64,000 nt of DNA from positions 24,036,299 to 24,100,298 of the forward strand of contig NC_134025.1 in assembly GCF_964204645.1 (NCBI RefSeq). The letters are read 5' to 3'. Source of the stretch: Tubulanus polymorphus (taxonomy: Eukaryota > Animalia > Nemertea). The notes below the pieces were generated by a model. The model was given only the letters and a program-made list of their open reading frames with translations, was not told the origin of the DNA and made no database searches. The position numbers and the translations under genes were made by a program. Positions 25,686 to 36,399 of this stretch are shown here, piece after piece (within the stretch, counting starts at the first letter, position 1; each line of letters begins with the position of its first letter).

Positions 25686-25889
25686 GGGGTTTGGGGAGGG
25701 TGGATAGGGTTGGGGGAGGGAAGGGGTAGAGGGAGGGCGGGAGGGAAGGGTTGAGGGAGGTTGGGAGGGATGGGGTGAGGGAGGTTGGGAGGGAAGGGTA
25801 CGGGAGGGTGGGAGGGAAGGGGTCCGGGAGGGTGGGAGGGAAGGGGTGAGGGAGGGCGGGAGGGAAGGGGTCCGGGAGGGTGGGAGGGA
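25686..25889 (+). repeat. G-rich 24-bp minisatellite (GGGAGGGYGGGAGGGAAGGGGnnn) with G-quadruplex potential
   Basis: Tandem 24-nt units, each with at least four runs of three or more G. Confidence 0.9.
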
Positions 25890-26560
25890 ATGCCCTCGTA
25901 AAGTCGTACAGTCAACCTCGCTTAATTTGTCGTCGGTTTTTTCCTCGGTTATTCCCTTTAATTTTCATCGGATAATTCGTACTTTGTAATTTGTAAATCG
26001 TAGCCGTATCCACGGTTCCCTTTTTTTAAAAACAATTGAAAATGCGACGCGTAATTCTAATCCCATTGTTCCACCTGCCGACAGTGATTGGCAAGCTCAT
26101 CAATTTCTTGTCAGTCATATTGGCATTGAGCGTAATTTCCCGCCAGTTAAGTCAAAAACAATGAATGGCCATGACACGCAGCATTTGTTCCAACGGAAGT
26201 GAAAACGATTTTTAGCAGGTTTTTATTTGTAGTTTATACAAATTAATAGATAAATCATTAATTCTACGAATTATATATAATTCATTGAAAATACAAATTA
26301 CTTTATGTCGAAAAACCACGGCTCCAAGAGATATGAATTAAGCTAGGTTGACTGTAGTTATTTTGAGTCTTGAAGTTCAGGATATTTCAGAAAATGTGTC
26401 TCATCTCTTTATTTATTCTAAGAAAGGATTGATCATTATGAAACACTTCATGTGGCCACACGTGACTGCAACATGTCATGTTTCAGTTGTTATACATGAC
26501 AAGCTGTATAACCATCGGCCAATTGGACTAGTTCTATTTTACTGGACCTTGTTATTTTTA

Positions 26561-26602
26561 TGAGACCCGGGTTCGATCCCCGGTGAGTGCGCGCATAATT
26601 TC
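26561..26602 (+). repeat. tRNA/SINE-like B-box fragment
   Basis: CCCGGGTTCGATCCCCGG T-arm-like hairpin; no complete cloverleaf. Confidence 0.4.
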
Positions 26603-27588
26603 ACCGTCACTTCTTTCATTTTTGAGATAATTGCCCCCAAATTTTTGAATTGGGACGTTTCCATTTTTAGGGCCATTATTTAAGGCATTGAATGATCACA
26701 AGTTCAGCTCCTTGGCTCCGATCAAATTATGGCTTAATGCACAATTCAATGAAACAACAATCATACGTAATAATTACTGTTGATATCTGGTGGTTTACTG
26801 ATACATTTCCAGCAGAAAGATGTATTCTATTTTCATATTTGCTATTTTATAAACGGCTGTAAATACTGGTTCTAGTTAAACAACTGTATAGGACGATTTT
26901 AGAATTCTTTTAATTTGTAAATAGTGGGTTTTTATCTTATCAACTGTATAGGACGACTTACAAAATTGTTGACAAGAGTCTAGATGCAGTCACATTCATC
27001 GCTGCTTCCTCTCTTTTCTGCAGATTTTTAGACAGAGACCTACTCTTCATTTTTTGAAGAGTATAGAACTCATTAGAATAGTGATAGGTTTTGTAATCAC
27101 TATGGATTTTCAGGCAACACTTCATTTGGCTTCAGCAGTTTACATGGCACAGTATATCACTATTCATAGATATCCTTAATAATTAGTTAAATCCTTTTCC
27201 AAAAGATAGGACACATTTTCTGAGAATAAACTTTACAATTTATAGGTGGTATCTAGTGTATTTTGCCATTTTTCACGATCTTATCATTTTATGAAAGTCA
27301 TTTCATCCTCCGCAGTTATCTAAAATTTTATCAGTGCTCGATCAATTTGTCAGTTTATAATAGCTTTTAGACTTCGATCAATGTATTATTTGACAGTAGA
27401 CTCAAATCAGTGAATTATCGCATTCAGTGTGTACCTAATTCTTATATTAGTGATGAGTGAATAGTCCAATTCTCCTATTCAAAATATGCAATGCTCAATT
27501 TCTCATGTGTGCTCATATAAACTGCTCCAAGTATGAAAATTCATCTCTAGTGCAACCTTTATATACAGTTACTGAACTACGGTCCAGT

Positions 27589-27849
27589 GAACCAAACTTT
27601 GTTTATCAAACCAGGGCCATAAAACTGACTTAACCTTTAATGAAGGCCATGAGCCAAATTTATTCTCATGTTATCAAACCAAAGCCATGAGCTATATTTA
27701 CCTTGCATGGTCACCAAATCAGAACCATAGACCAAACTTTGACTCTTTGGGCACCAAAACTGGGCCGTGGACCAAACTTTGACTCTTTGGGCACCAAAAC
27801 AGGGCCGTGGACCAATTTTAACTCTTTGGTCACCAAAACAGGGCCATGA
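27589..27849 (+). repeat. 40-bp tandem repeat (GACCAAACTTTGACTCTTTGGGCACCAAAACWGGGCCGTG): 3 good copies plus degenerate upstream copies
   Basis: Units start at 27730, 27770 and 27810. Confidence 0.9.
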
Positions 27850-29184
27850 ATGAAAAGTTGTACAAGTTATTTCTGTTGCCTTCACGACTGTATTTGAGAA
27901 TGAAATGATTTATGTGGAACTAATGACGTAGTTAATGAAAGATTCATATGTATTAGTGCCGCTGCTGGTACAGCTGCTGCAGCTGCTGCTGGTGGTGCAA
28001 CTAACACAAACTTTTGCTGTTTGTCTCTAAAAGATTAAACTTGATCCCAGTTGGAACTGATGAAAGTTTTAGTGAGACAACAAAATAAGGAAAAGCCATA
28101 TGAAAAGAAAAAATATAAAACGAATGCGTGAGCTTCTAACAACAAAATAAAACAGCATCAAATGCTGATATAAAGAGTGGGGTCCGAGAGCAATTCGAAG
28201 GTTTAGTGTCCTGCACGCTTAGAGGGCGGGCAGGGGTCTATTCCTACCTCGACTCTAAAGGAGCTGAAAGCGCTTAAAGTCAGATAAAAGAGTAAAAACG
28301 AAAAATGGCAAATGAAGGAAAATGGCTGGAGTTTGATTTGTTGATAAACCCACTGGGTTCAAGTGTTAACTTGAAGACAATCAAATTTACAATCAAACGC
28401 ATTATTTATGACGTATATATTTTGTAAACATCAGCAGTTCATAATCAATGATTAATAAATCTTATGGATAAGATTCCATAAAACAACTTGCTTATATAAA
28501 ACCTCTTGTAGAGAGTATAGAAATATCTCATCTAACTGTCATTGGTCCGCACCGGTTTCATGATAAGAGTGACAACGTTGAATTCGAGAAGCAACATAAA
28601 TAGCGTTAATTTATTTTGATCTCAGCCATCATTCTTGTCCTTGGTTTGTGTTTGCCCTTCTCACAACATTTTGTGAGTGTGGAGGTTTGGTTCGGGCTCA
28701 TTTCCTTTGTTCGGGTGAACCCTCAGTATACCTCCCCCTCCCTTACAACATATTAAATTAAGTTCCTCGGGTTTGGTTTGATGTTTTGTAGATGAAACAA
28801 TTCAAACTCGCATCATTTGATGAAATGAAATCTGTTTACAGACGACTGCTGCAACTTGTCGTGAAACTGAGATATATTGTGAATACTTATTGGAGGGAGT
28901 AGAAATAAAAGGAATAATTTGAATGAATTCGATGAAATTGACTAAGAAATCATCTAAAATTCAAGCCATGTGATTTTCAAGACCGCACTAGGCATAATGA
29001 TCATTTGAATGCCTACAAAATTGTAGAAAAGTATCTGTGAGTCCTGTCAATGATGCAATTGATTAAGATTTCAATTTATATATGAAATTGATATGATCGT
29101 GAAAAATGGCAAATCGTTTTGTAGTTATTGTACAGATAAGAGGTGTCTGAGGAGGAGACAAGAGAGTTGAGGAGAAGGCTACGT

Positions 29185-29571
29185 GGGAGGGCATTAAGGG
29201 AGGGCATTGAGGGAGGGCATTGAGGGAGGGCATTGAGGGAGGGAAGGGGTCCGGAGGGCGGGAGGGAAGGGGTCCGGGAGGGTGGGAGGGAAGGGGCGAG
29301 GGAGGGCGGGAGGGAAGGGGCGAGGGAGGGCGGGAGGGAAGGGGCGAGGGAGGGCGGGAGGGAAGAGGCGAGGGAGGGCGGGAGGGAAGGGGTCTGGGAG
29401 GGCGGGAGTCAAGGGGTGTGGGAGGGAAGGGGCAAGGGACGGCGGGAGGGAAGGGGCGAGGAGGGCGGGAGGGAAGGGGTCTGGGAGGGTGGGAGGGAAG
29501 TGGTCTAGGAGGGCGGGAGGGAAGGGGTCTGGGTGGGGGGAGGGACGGGGTCTGGGAGGGTCGGGTCGGGA
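29185..29571 (+). repeat. G-rich minisatellite: 13-bp GGGAGGGCATTGA units followed by the same 24-bp unit as 25686-25889
   Basis: Directly visible tandem units, G-rich on the + strand. Confidence 0.92.
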
Positions 29572-29772
29572 GGTTAGGTGAGTTGAAATGTTCTGATGTT
29601 TTAGTTAGACAGATGGAAATCTAATGAAGATGAGAGAACATTAAATCACTGTTCAATCACAGGATGAAGTAGTGCAGTGATCTGTACTCTGTATCTGTAC
29701 ACAATGTTACATGTATCTGTAACTGTTCAATCATTATGAAATAAGTACAGCAGTTTAATCTACAGAAATCCT
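29572..29772 (-). repeat. Right arm of the 200-bp inverted repeat (partner 25483-25683)
   Basis: Reverse complement of the left arm. Confidence 0.95.
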
Positions 29773-29858
29773 GTACTGTTTCTGTCTTATTGATTGATAA
29801 CTTTGAGATGTTACATTCTGCTCTATTGTCACTGATTATTGTTTCGTTTTCTTTTAGT

Positions 29859-32153
29859 TAAACAGGCTCATTAAAAAGTTACGTAAGTACAAAACTGGTA
29901 ATGAATTTCTCTACAGAATTCTTCACAGTCTCTGTTATTGTTTTACTCTCATTTACAGGAGATACACACTGCACCACCACTGCACCACCACCAGCACCAG
30001 CACCAGCAGATGTTTCCAGCATTCAATCACTTCAAGATCACTGCTTAGTTTGAAGTGAGTTTTCAATCGTTAAAACCAATTTATGCCCTGATCAAAGTTG
30101 GAATTATCAAGATCTTTATGTTTTCCATACATATTTTCAGTTAACAGAGCTATGGAGGTTTTGGCACCCAACAGTCAACCTCAAACCGCTGGCTTAAAAA
30201 CATTGATGAAAATGGTAAGTTTTTGATTTGGTGTGAAACTGCTCTTATTTCAAACAGCTTAACTGACAAATTTTAACATTTGTTTTTAGGGGCTGAAATA
30301 AGTGGAACCCTTGACAGAATCTGGGAACAGTAAACATTGGGAATTCACTTCACATTTTTTAAAGATGGACATCACTTTAGATCCTCAAAACAAAAACGGT
30401 ACCGGTAAATATCTCTACAGATTCTAGTCTCTGTTTGACTGTAAATTTATAAACTCATTTCCTGATTAGAAGCTATGTTAATCAGTGAAGGCGAATTTTC
30501 AATCACTTCTATTCTGGTCAAAGTTCAAATCATCAAAATTATACAACGTTAGTATTCAAGTGCCCAAAATGAAGCTGAACTTGCAGTAAACATTGCGCTC
30601 TACAAATCTAACACAAGTCAGAAGTGGTGAGTTTCATATCGATTTATTGCAGTAATTTGTGGTGATCTTCAAATCAAGTCCAGAAAATGATGTGTTTTGA
30701 TCGGTCAATGTTGGCAGGTATCAACGTTTTACTAGAAGACGCTACGCAGTTCAAATCTACGATCAAACACCTCAGAAATCTGTATACACACGGCACATTG
30801 TGATAAATTACTCATTAACCTGGTGGGTTTTCTGTTAATCGAACACAAACAAATTGCTGTTTCTATTTATTTCATTGGCGGCTAGCAACTGTAAAATTTT
30901 ATTTGTCGCATGAAATTTGTCGAATAGAACAATTTGAAAACGGATCAAAGATTGAATAATGGTGTTGGATTATCTAGAATTATAAGGTAATTATTAATTC
31001 TAATTTCCGAAATATATCATGAAAACAATTCCCACTTGACTGTTAATTCAATCGAACATTTTCAATGTAATATTTGCAGACGCAAGTTTTCTCTCTTCTA
31101 GGACGGAGTGGGGACCAATATGCCATTTGACAAGGACAGGGACTAGCCATCTTGCTGGAGATTAATATGCTGCCACTTATTTCCGAGATGTGCAATTTTA
31201 AAGTTTAAAGTCAAATATATGACCGGTATTATTGTGCTGGCCGGCACGGGCAGGCGACTGTTGTTCTGTTTGTGATGGTTTCATGGACTGCGTATCACAT
31301 ATTCATAAAAACAGTCATCCCCTGATTTGTCTCTAAAAGCTGTAATGTAATTTTTGCTAATAAATAGCCTGACTCGGGCATAGAATAATGATTTAAACCC
31401 CACTATATGCAAATTTAAAAGATTAAAGGCGTAATTTATTCATCAGGAATCAGAATCAAAATAGTGAAAGCAAATGAAGAAATAACTAGAACAACCTATG
31501 CCTAAAATAACAAAACCTCTCAACAAGCACTTAACACCCTCTAGCTTTACTTTTCTCAATTAACTTGTTTTTCCCTCTCTATTTTTCCCTGTTTTAGTTA
31601 TTTTTTCAGACTTGATGATGGTCTCTAGAGAAACTCCTAAATGTTGTGTCTTCAATCCTTTTAAATTTGTGTTAAGTGGGTTTTAATTTTAGAGTGAATA
31701 TACGGTAGCTGCAAAGCAGCGATAATGGGTTTTCTGCCTCGCCAAGCTAATCACAATTGAGGGAATTAGAGAAAACCCTAATGATGGGCTTTCTGAGATG
31801 GATCAAGGGCATGAGATAATTTACGCACTCCATGTTACTGCATGAGTTTGTTTGTACCTCTGGACCCTGTTTCATTGGTCCAGTTTTGTATTAGATTTGT
31901 ATGATACACATGTACAATGTAAATGGACCTATTTTAAGTCACTCAGTCAATGAAACCAAAACTTGAATTTGTAAATGTATGAACTTGTGTGATATTGTAA
32001 ATGGAAATATTTTGTTAAATGGACATTTTTTGTATGACTGTAAAGTCCCACAATCAATGAAACCAAAAAGTTGAAATATCGACAGGTTTTCTTTGTTATG
32101 GGACAATAATATTTTGTGCGAACTGACGTTACTGTTCTATTATTTGAAATAAA
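29859..32153 (+). pseudogene. Decayed multi-exon gene or spliced non-coding transcript of unknown family
   Basis: A series of exon-sized blocks bounded by pyrimidine-rich YAG acceptors and GTAAGT/GTGAGT-type donors (about 29959, 30141, 30291, 30718, 31080), with AATAAA at about 32148. The most plausible reading frames contain premature stops. Confidence 0.4.
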
Positions 32154-33094
32154 GATGAATTTTCTGTGTTGTTCTAGTTATGAATACAGAGGCCAGCAGT
32201 TTCACACACTCAGTGCGTCACATCCCACTGGTTCAGTTTCATAGAAATAATTTACTCGAGTCGTAAGTCTTTTTTAAGAAATTGAGCCGAGGGTCCAGTT
32301 ACACAAACCAATATTGCGTTCAAACATGTTTTATTTTGAAAAGAGTCTGAATCAAAGTGAAGTTTTATGAAATTTAGCCGCGGGTCCATTCGACATTGAA
32401 TTGTTGAATTGCAGTTGACCCAGTACCGGCTATGTGAACGGATCACGTGGACCCGGTTTCATGAACATACTCTAAAATTGATTCATCCTTCGTGAAACTG
32501 GACTCGAACTGAATTGAATATCCTACTAACTCGCTATTTAGTGTGCGAAACTGCAGCATCTAAAACTGATTGAAACCCTTTCGCATAAAAAACCAAATTA
32601 TCTAGGGTACGGTTTCACAGGATTAACTTAAAACGTAGATACCTGGTAATGAAGAAATTAATCTACTTAATTAAACATCAATTTCTTTAAAAAATTCAGT
32701 CAAAAAGTCGATCGTGTTTGTAAAACGGCGGCCCCTTGTATCCGGCATATGAAATTGTTCGTTTAGTCCTCGCGAGGATTCGTACCCTGGCATGCGAAGC
32801 TATCATTCTTGCTCTGGCATGCGAGGATTCATTGATTCTTACCCTGGGTGGTGAGGGTGCCAATTCGATGTGTTTAATACCACACCAAATTCTCAAAAAG
32901 GTTGGTGCGTTTCTTATGAAAGCAGAAAATGAAAGCTTTTTATGACGAATACAGGTAACGTTATTTACGTTTTGAATATGAATGCCTTCCAAAATTAAAT
33001 AAATGTTAACAAGTCTGTAAAACAATGCAGAATAATAAGACAAATGTTGCGTTGCGGTCTTGCGTCTTTTTTTTAAAACATCGGAAAAAGCCAG

Positions 33095-33200
33095 ATTATG
33101 TCTACTCGAGGATCGAAACCGGGCACCCCTGGTTCTCTATTCCGCATCAGGACCACTGAAATCAGAAACCGTAATTTCTTGGATCGAACCCGGGATATTC
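33095..33200 (-). repeat. Degenerate tRNA-derived (SINE-like) fragments
   Basis: Two GGTTCGATCC/GTTTCGATCC B-box-like motifs on the - strand; no intact cloverleaf. Confidence 0.4.
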
Positions 33201-33214
33201 GCCTAGTTTGTCAA

Positions 33215-33471
33215 TGATGCTATGATCGCCATCTATTGGAATTTGGCTGAACTGACTAGATAGCTCTTACTAGTCTCACTGACTTTTCTTTAATCCGGTA
33301 AAGTCACGCTCGCCATCTAGTGGGTATAACCATCATTAGACTGTAGCGGCATAGGAATCCACCAGCTGGCGAGTGTGATTTCAGCACATTGAAGAAGAGT
33401 CAGTGAGACAAATTAGAGCTGTCTAGTCGGGCGGTTCAGCCAAATTCCAATAGATGGCGATCATAGCATCA
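33215..33471. mobile_element. 257-bp foldback/MITE with about 110-bp inverted arms, TG..CA ends and a 4-bp TSD
   Basis: The outer 38 bp form a perfect inverted repeat (TGATGCTATGATCGCCATCTATTGGAATTTGGCTGAAC). TCAA is present at 33211-33214 and 33472-33475. Confidence 0.85.
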
Positions 33472-34089
33472 TCAAGTCGTAACGAAGTGTGGCAGAGATG
33501 CGATGAAACTCAAGTTCGTGGAACTTCGTGGAAATCAGAATTTTACGATAATCATTTTCCCACAAATATAATACAATTTTTTTCAGATCACTGATTAAAA
33601 ACAAATGTCTAGCCAAATGTGTTGCTCAGAGAACACATAACAGTAGTAATCCTGGAGAGAGTGGAAACTCACCGAGTTGTGGATATTTCATTTATGGCAG
33701 GGGTTGCCTGTCGCCAGTCATCATTCCCCACCTGGATGTATCGATTGCCAATTAATTCGTGTCAATCTTAATACTTTTAAATGGGATCCAGTTTACGAAT
33801 AAATTGTGTCATATACAAAATGGTCAGTCCTCCTGGGGTAGGCACAACAGTTGCCAGAGCAGTTGATACGATTATCCACATCTACATTAACTATGCAGTT
33901 ACCGACTGCTAATCGACATAACCATTTTAAAATACAAAACATAACAACGAAATCATCATTTAATTCCGTACATTTAATTTATTATATAAAACAACTCTAG
34001 TAGGACAGTGTGAATGGTGATGTCACATTTCTATTCTCTTCTACAACCTTTGGAAAATATAGAAAAGATAACTTCCCATTTTCATACAT

Positions 34090-34160
34090 AATAGTAATAA
34101 CATTAATAATAATCATTATAATGCATTTTCAATAATAATAATAATGATAATGATAATAAT
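34090..34160 (+). repeat. Imperfect (TAA)n microsatellite
   Basis: Runs such as AATAATAATAATAATGATAATGATAATAAT. Confidence 0.8.
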
Positions 34161-35393
34161 TCAGAGCTCTTAGTTATCATGAAGGCCACAAATGATGAAG
34201 CACCTGTGCTCAGGATATGTTCAAAAAATTATTATCAATATACATTTTATGTACATTATGAACATCTCATGATAGCAGCCAGATCACAAATAATTCTACC
34301 GTGCACCAGCTACAAAAACGATTCGTATAAATCCCACTAGTGGAACCTCTGAAAAACAAATCCGGCTAAAATGGCGCTGAAAAATTCTAAACAAACGAGA
34401 AAAGTTGAAGATATTTCGTAGCGGATATTTTTTAAAATCAGTAACCCCATGGTTAGTTCGGCAAACATAATCGCCTTGTTCAAATAATTGAAAGTGGAAC
34501 CTGGTATTTGAGGGTTCCGTTTAATCTTACTATGGAATGCGAAGGTTTTAATTCACCCCGGCGTGCTCGGGTTCAGTAGCTAATCGGCCTAATCTAAACG
34601 GCTCACTAAAACGTTTTGCAACCTGCAAATCAGCTTGTCAAATCAGTTGTTGCAAATCAGCGATGTTGAAGATGGGCCAGCCCTCAAATTCCTACAGACC
34701 CGAGGGTTGTAGTGGTTATAAGCGACACGTGCATGATGCGGACGCTTCGCAGGCGCGGGTCCCACGCGGCGCTTGGTGCGATTAAAAAAAAGGTTTTGAA
34801 TTCCCCGCAAAATAATCGGCGAGCTAAAAGCACCATTTTGCTCCAAGAAGCAGGGTTTCCAACGGTCCTTTTGAAAAAATTCCTTCCAAATTTCATTTGT
34901 TTGTATTTTTTGTGGGCAATTTTATCGCAAATAAATAAGGTTGTTTGACTGGGAACTTTAGCTGCAATATGTCTTTCTTGGTGAAGGTTTTGGGAAAATG
35001 CTTTTTCTATGGGTCCTCATTTTATTTGAAAGTACTTTTTCCATGGTCAATTCCGTGCTTGTGTTTTTAAATGGAATGTGAGTGATTTGTTATGCAGTAC
35101 CGGATAGAGTTAGGGGTTTTGGCGAAATTGACCACAAATTATATTCGATCCTACATGACTGAATCAGATTCTAAACAAAAAGAAATTTCATGACATGGCT
35201 TGTTTTGTCTATTTTCAACCTCCGAAAAATGAACGATTGAACTATGGCTTGAATCGTACACACGTTGTGATACGATATAAGTGACTGGTTGCCTGTCCCG
35301 AAGATAGAGACCGGTAACCAGTCTACGATACCAAAATCATGAAGGGACTTTCTAAAAGGGGCGTCCCGTTCGAACCCTGGCTACGGAGCTTGT

Positions 35394-35513
35394 TTACACA
35401 CCCATTAAACTGGATCGTACCCAATAATCATTTCACCTGGCCATTAACTCTGGGGTATCTATCATTTTGACTTATCACCACGATAGATTATCTGAAGTTA
35501 ACCCTTCATGCAT
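35394..35513 (+). pseudogene. Remnant of MAM exon 10 and the adjacent intron from a lost third astacin-MAM copy
   Basis: CCCATTAAACTGGATCGTACCCAATAATCATTTCACCTGGCCATTAACTCTGGGGTATCTATCATTTTGAC matches 22077-22150 and 38510-38581. Confidence 0.9.
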
Positions 35514-35519
35514 AATTTG

Positions 35520-35685
35520 ATATAAGCTTTCAAATAGTTCTATATTAAAGGGTTAGGATGGTAGTGATCTATACTGCTCAAATGGATCACGCTCGATATC
35601 ATAAACTAACGGCTTACCGGTAATCGAATGATCGTCCATGTTCTTTGAATGAAGTCAGTGAATGGAAAGGAAGCATCTCTAGATT
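35520..35685 (-). pseudogene. Duplicated fragment of the arylsulfatase last exon
   Basis: TTTCAAATAGTTCTA.ATTA..GGGT.AGGA.GGTAGTG, TCGATATCATAAACTAACGG, TCGAATGATC.TCCATGTTCTT and GTGAATGGAAAGGA are co-linear with 39479-39635. Confidence 0.85.
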
Positions 35686-36399
35686 AGTATCAGTTTGCAA
35701 CTGCATGTCCCAATAAAAACTCGTAATCATTTGGAAACGACGAAATTGGTATCCCGTAGATATTCTGTCAAAACTAAAACTTCATTTGATGCCTCGAAAT
35801 CGCTATCGTGGATGTCAAACACTAGTATCCAATAAAAAAATTTAATCTGATAAATCTACATACCATTCTCAAATAATGGTACCCACCCACACACTACATC
35901 GACTATATTTAATCCGTTTGACCAAGTACTGCCTTCCTATCATAAGGTGCTGCCGGTTTGCACATCGTTAGCGGATTTTCCATACACTAATTTGAATTTT
36001 ACTGTGGCAATCAATGAATCGGCTGCCAGAGTCGATTCATGTTAGTGTATGAAAAATCCGCTAACGATGAGCATAACGGCAGCACTGCACAGTAATATTC
36101 GTTTTCGTAAGGCAGCCCCTATAGCCCGTCTGTACACCTACAATTACACCCATAAAATTACAGACCTTATTTGTATTAAGCCCCTAATACTAAGTACACA
36201 TTTTCTTGACAGCTAATCATATGTCTTTTTTACTTTCTAGAACATCAATAACATATGGCTGAGAGTAAACCTACTTTTTAATTTAGTTAAACATAATTCA
36301 TCATATTCAGTAATTTGACGACCCTTTGCAGTCTGTTGTCGATTACTGTTATAGATTGCCTTAAGTTGAATAAATCATTTGTAGTGAATATCATCAAAG

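Larger units (their letters stand above)
23517..35392. mobile_element. About 12-kb composite repeat/TE-rich insertion replacing the interior of a third astacin-MAM unit
   Basis: Astacin-unit homology stops at about 23385 and resumes at about 35394. The ends carry AGCCAGG (23517) and CCTGGCT (35376) as an inverted motif, plus a shared GGA.TTT.TAAA(A)GGGGCGT.C motif. The interior has tandem repeats, inverted repeats, MITEs and decayed exons, but no intact transposase. Confidence 0.5.

Noticed and set aside
29194-29624. Four overlapping Gly/Arg/Pro-rich ORFs (also 25631-25915)
   Set aside because: Translation artefacts of stop-free G-rich minisatellites.
26561-33200. tRNA genes at about 26570 and about 33100-33200
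   Set aside because: Only B-box/T-arm fragments are present; there is no acceptor stem or anticodon arm.
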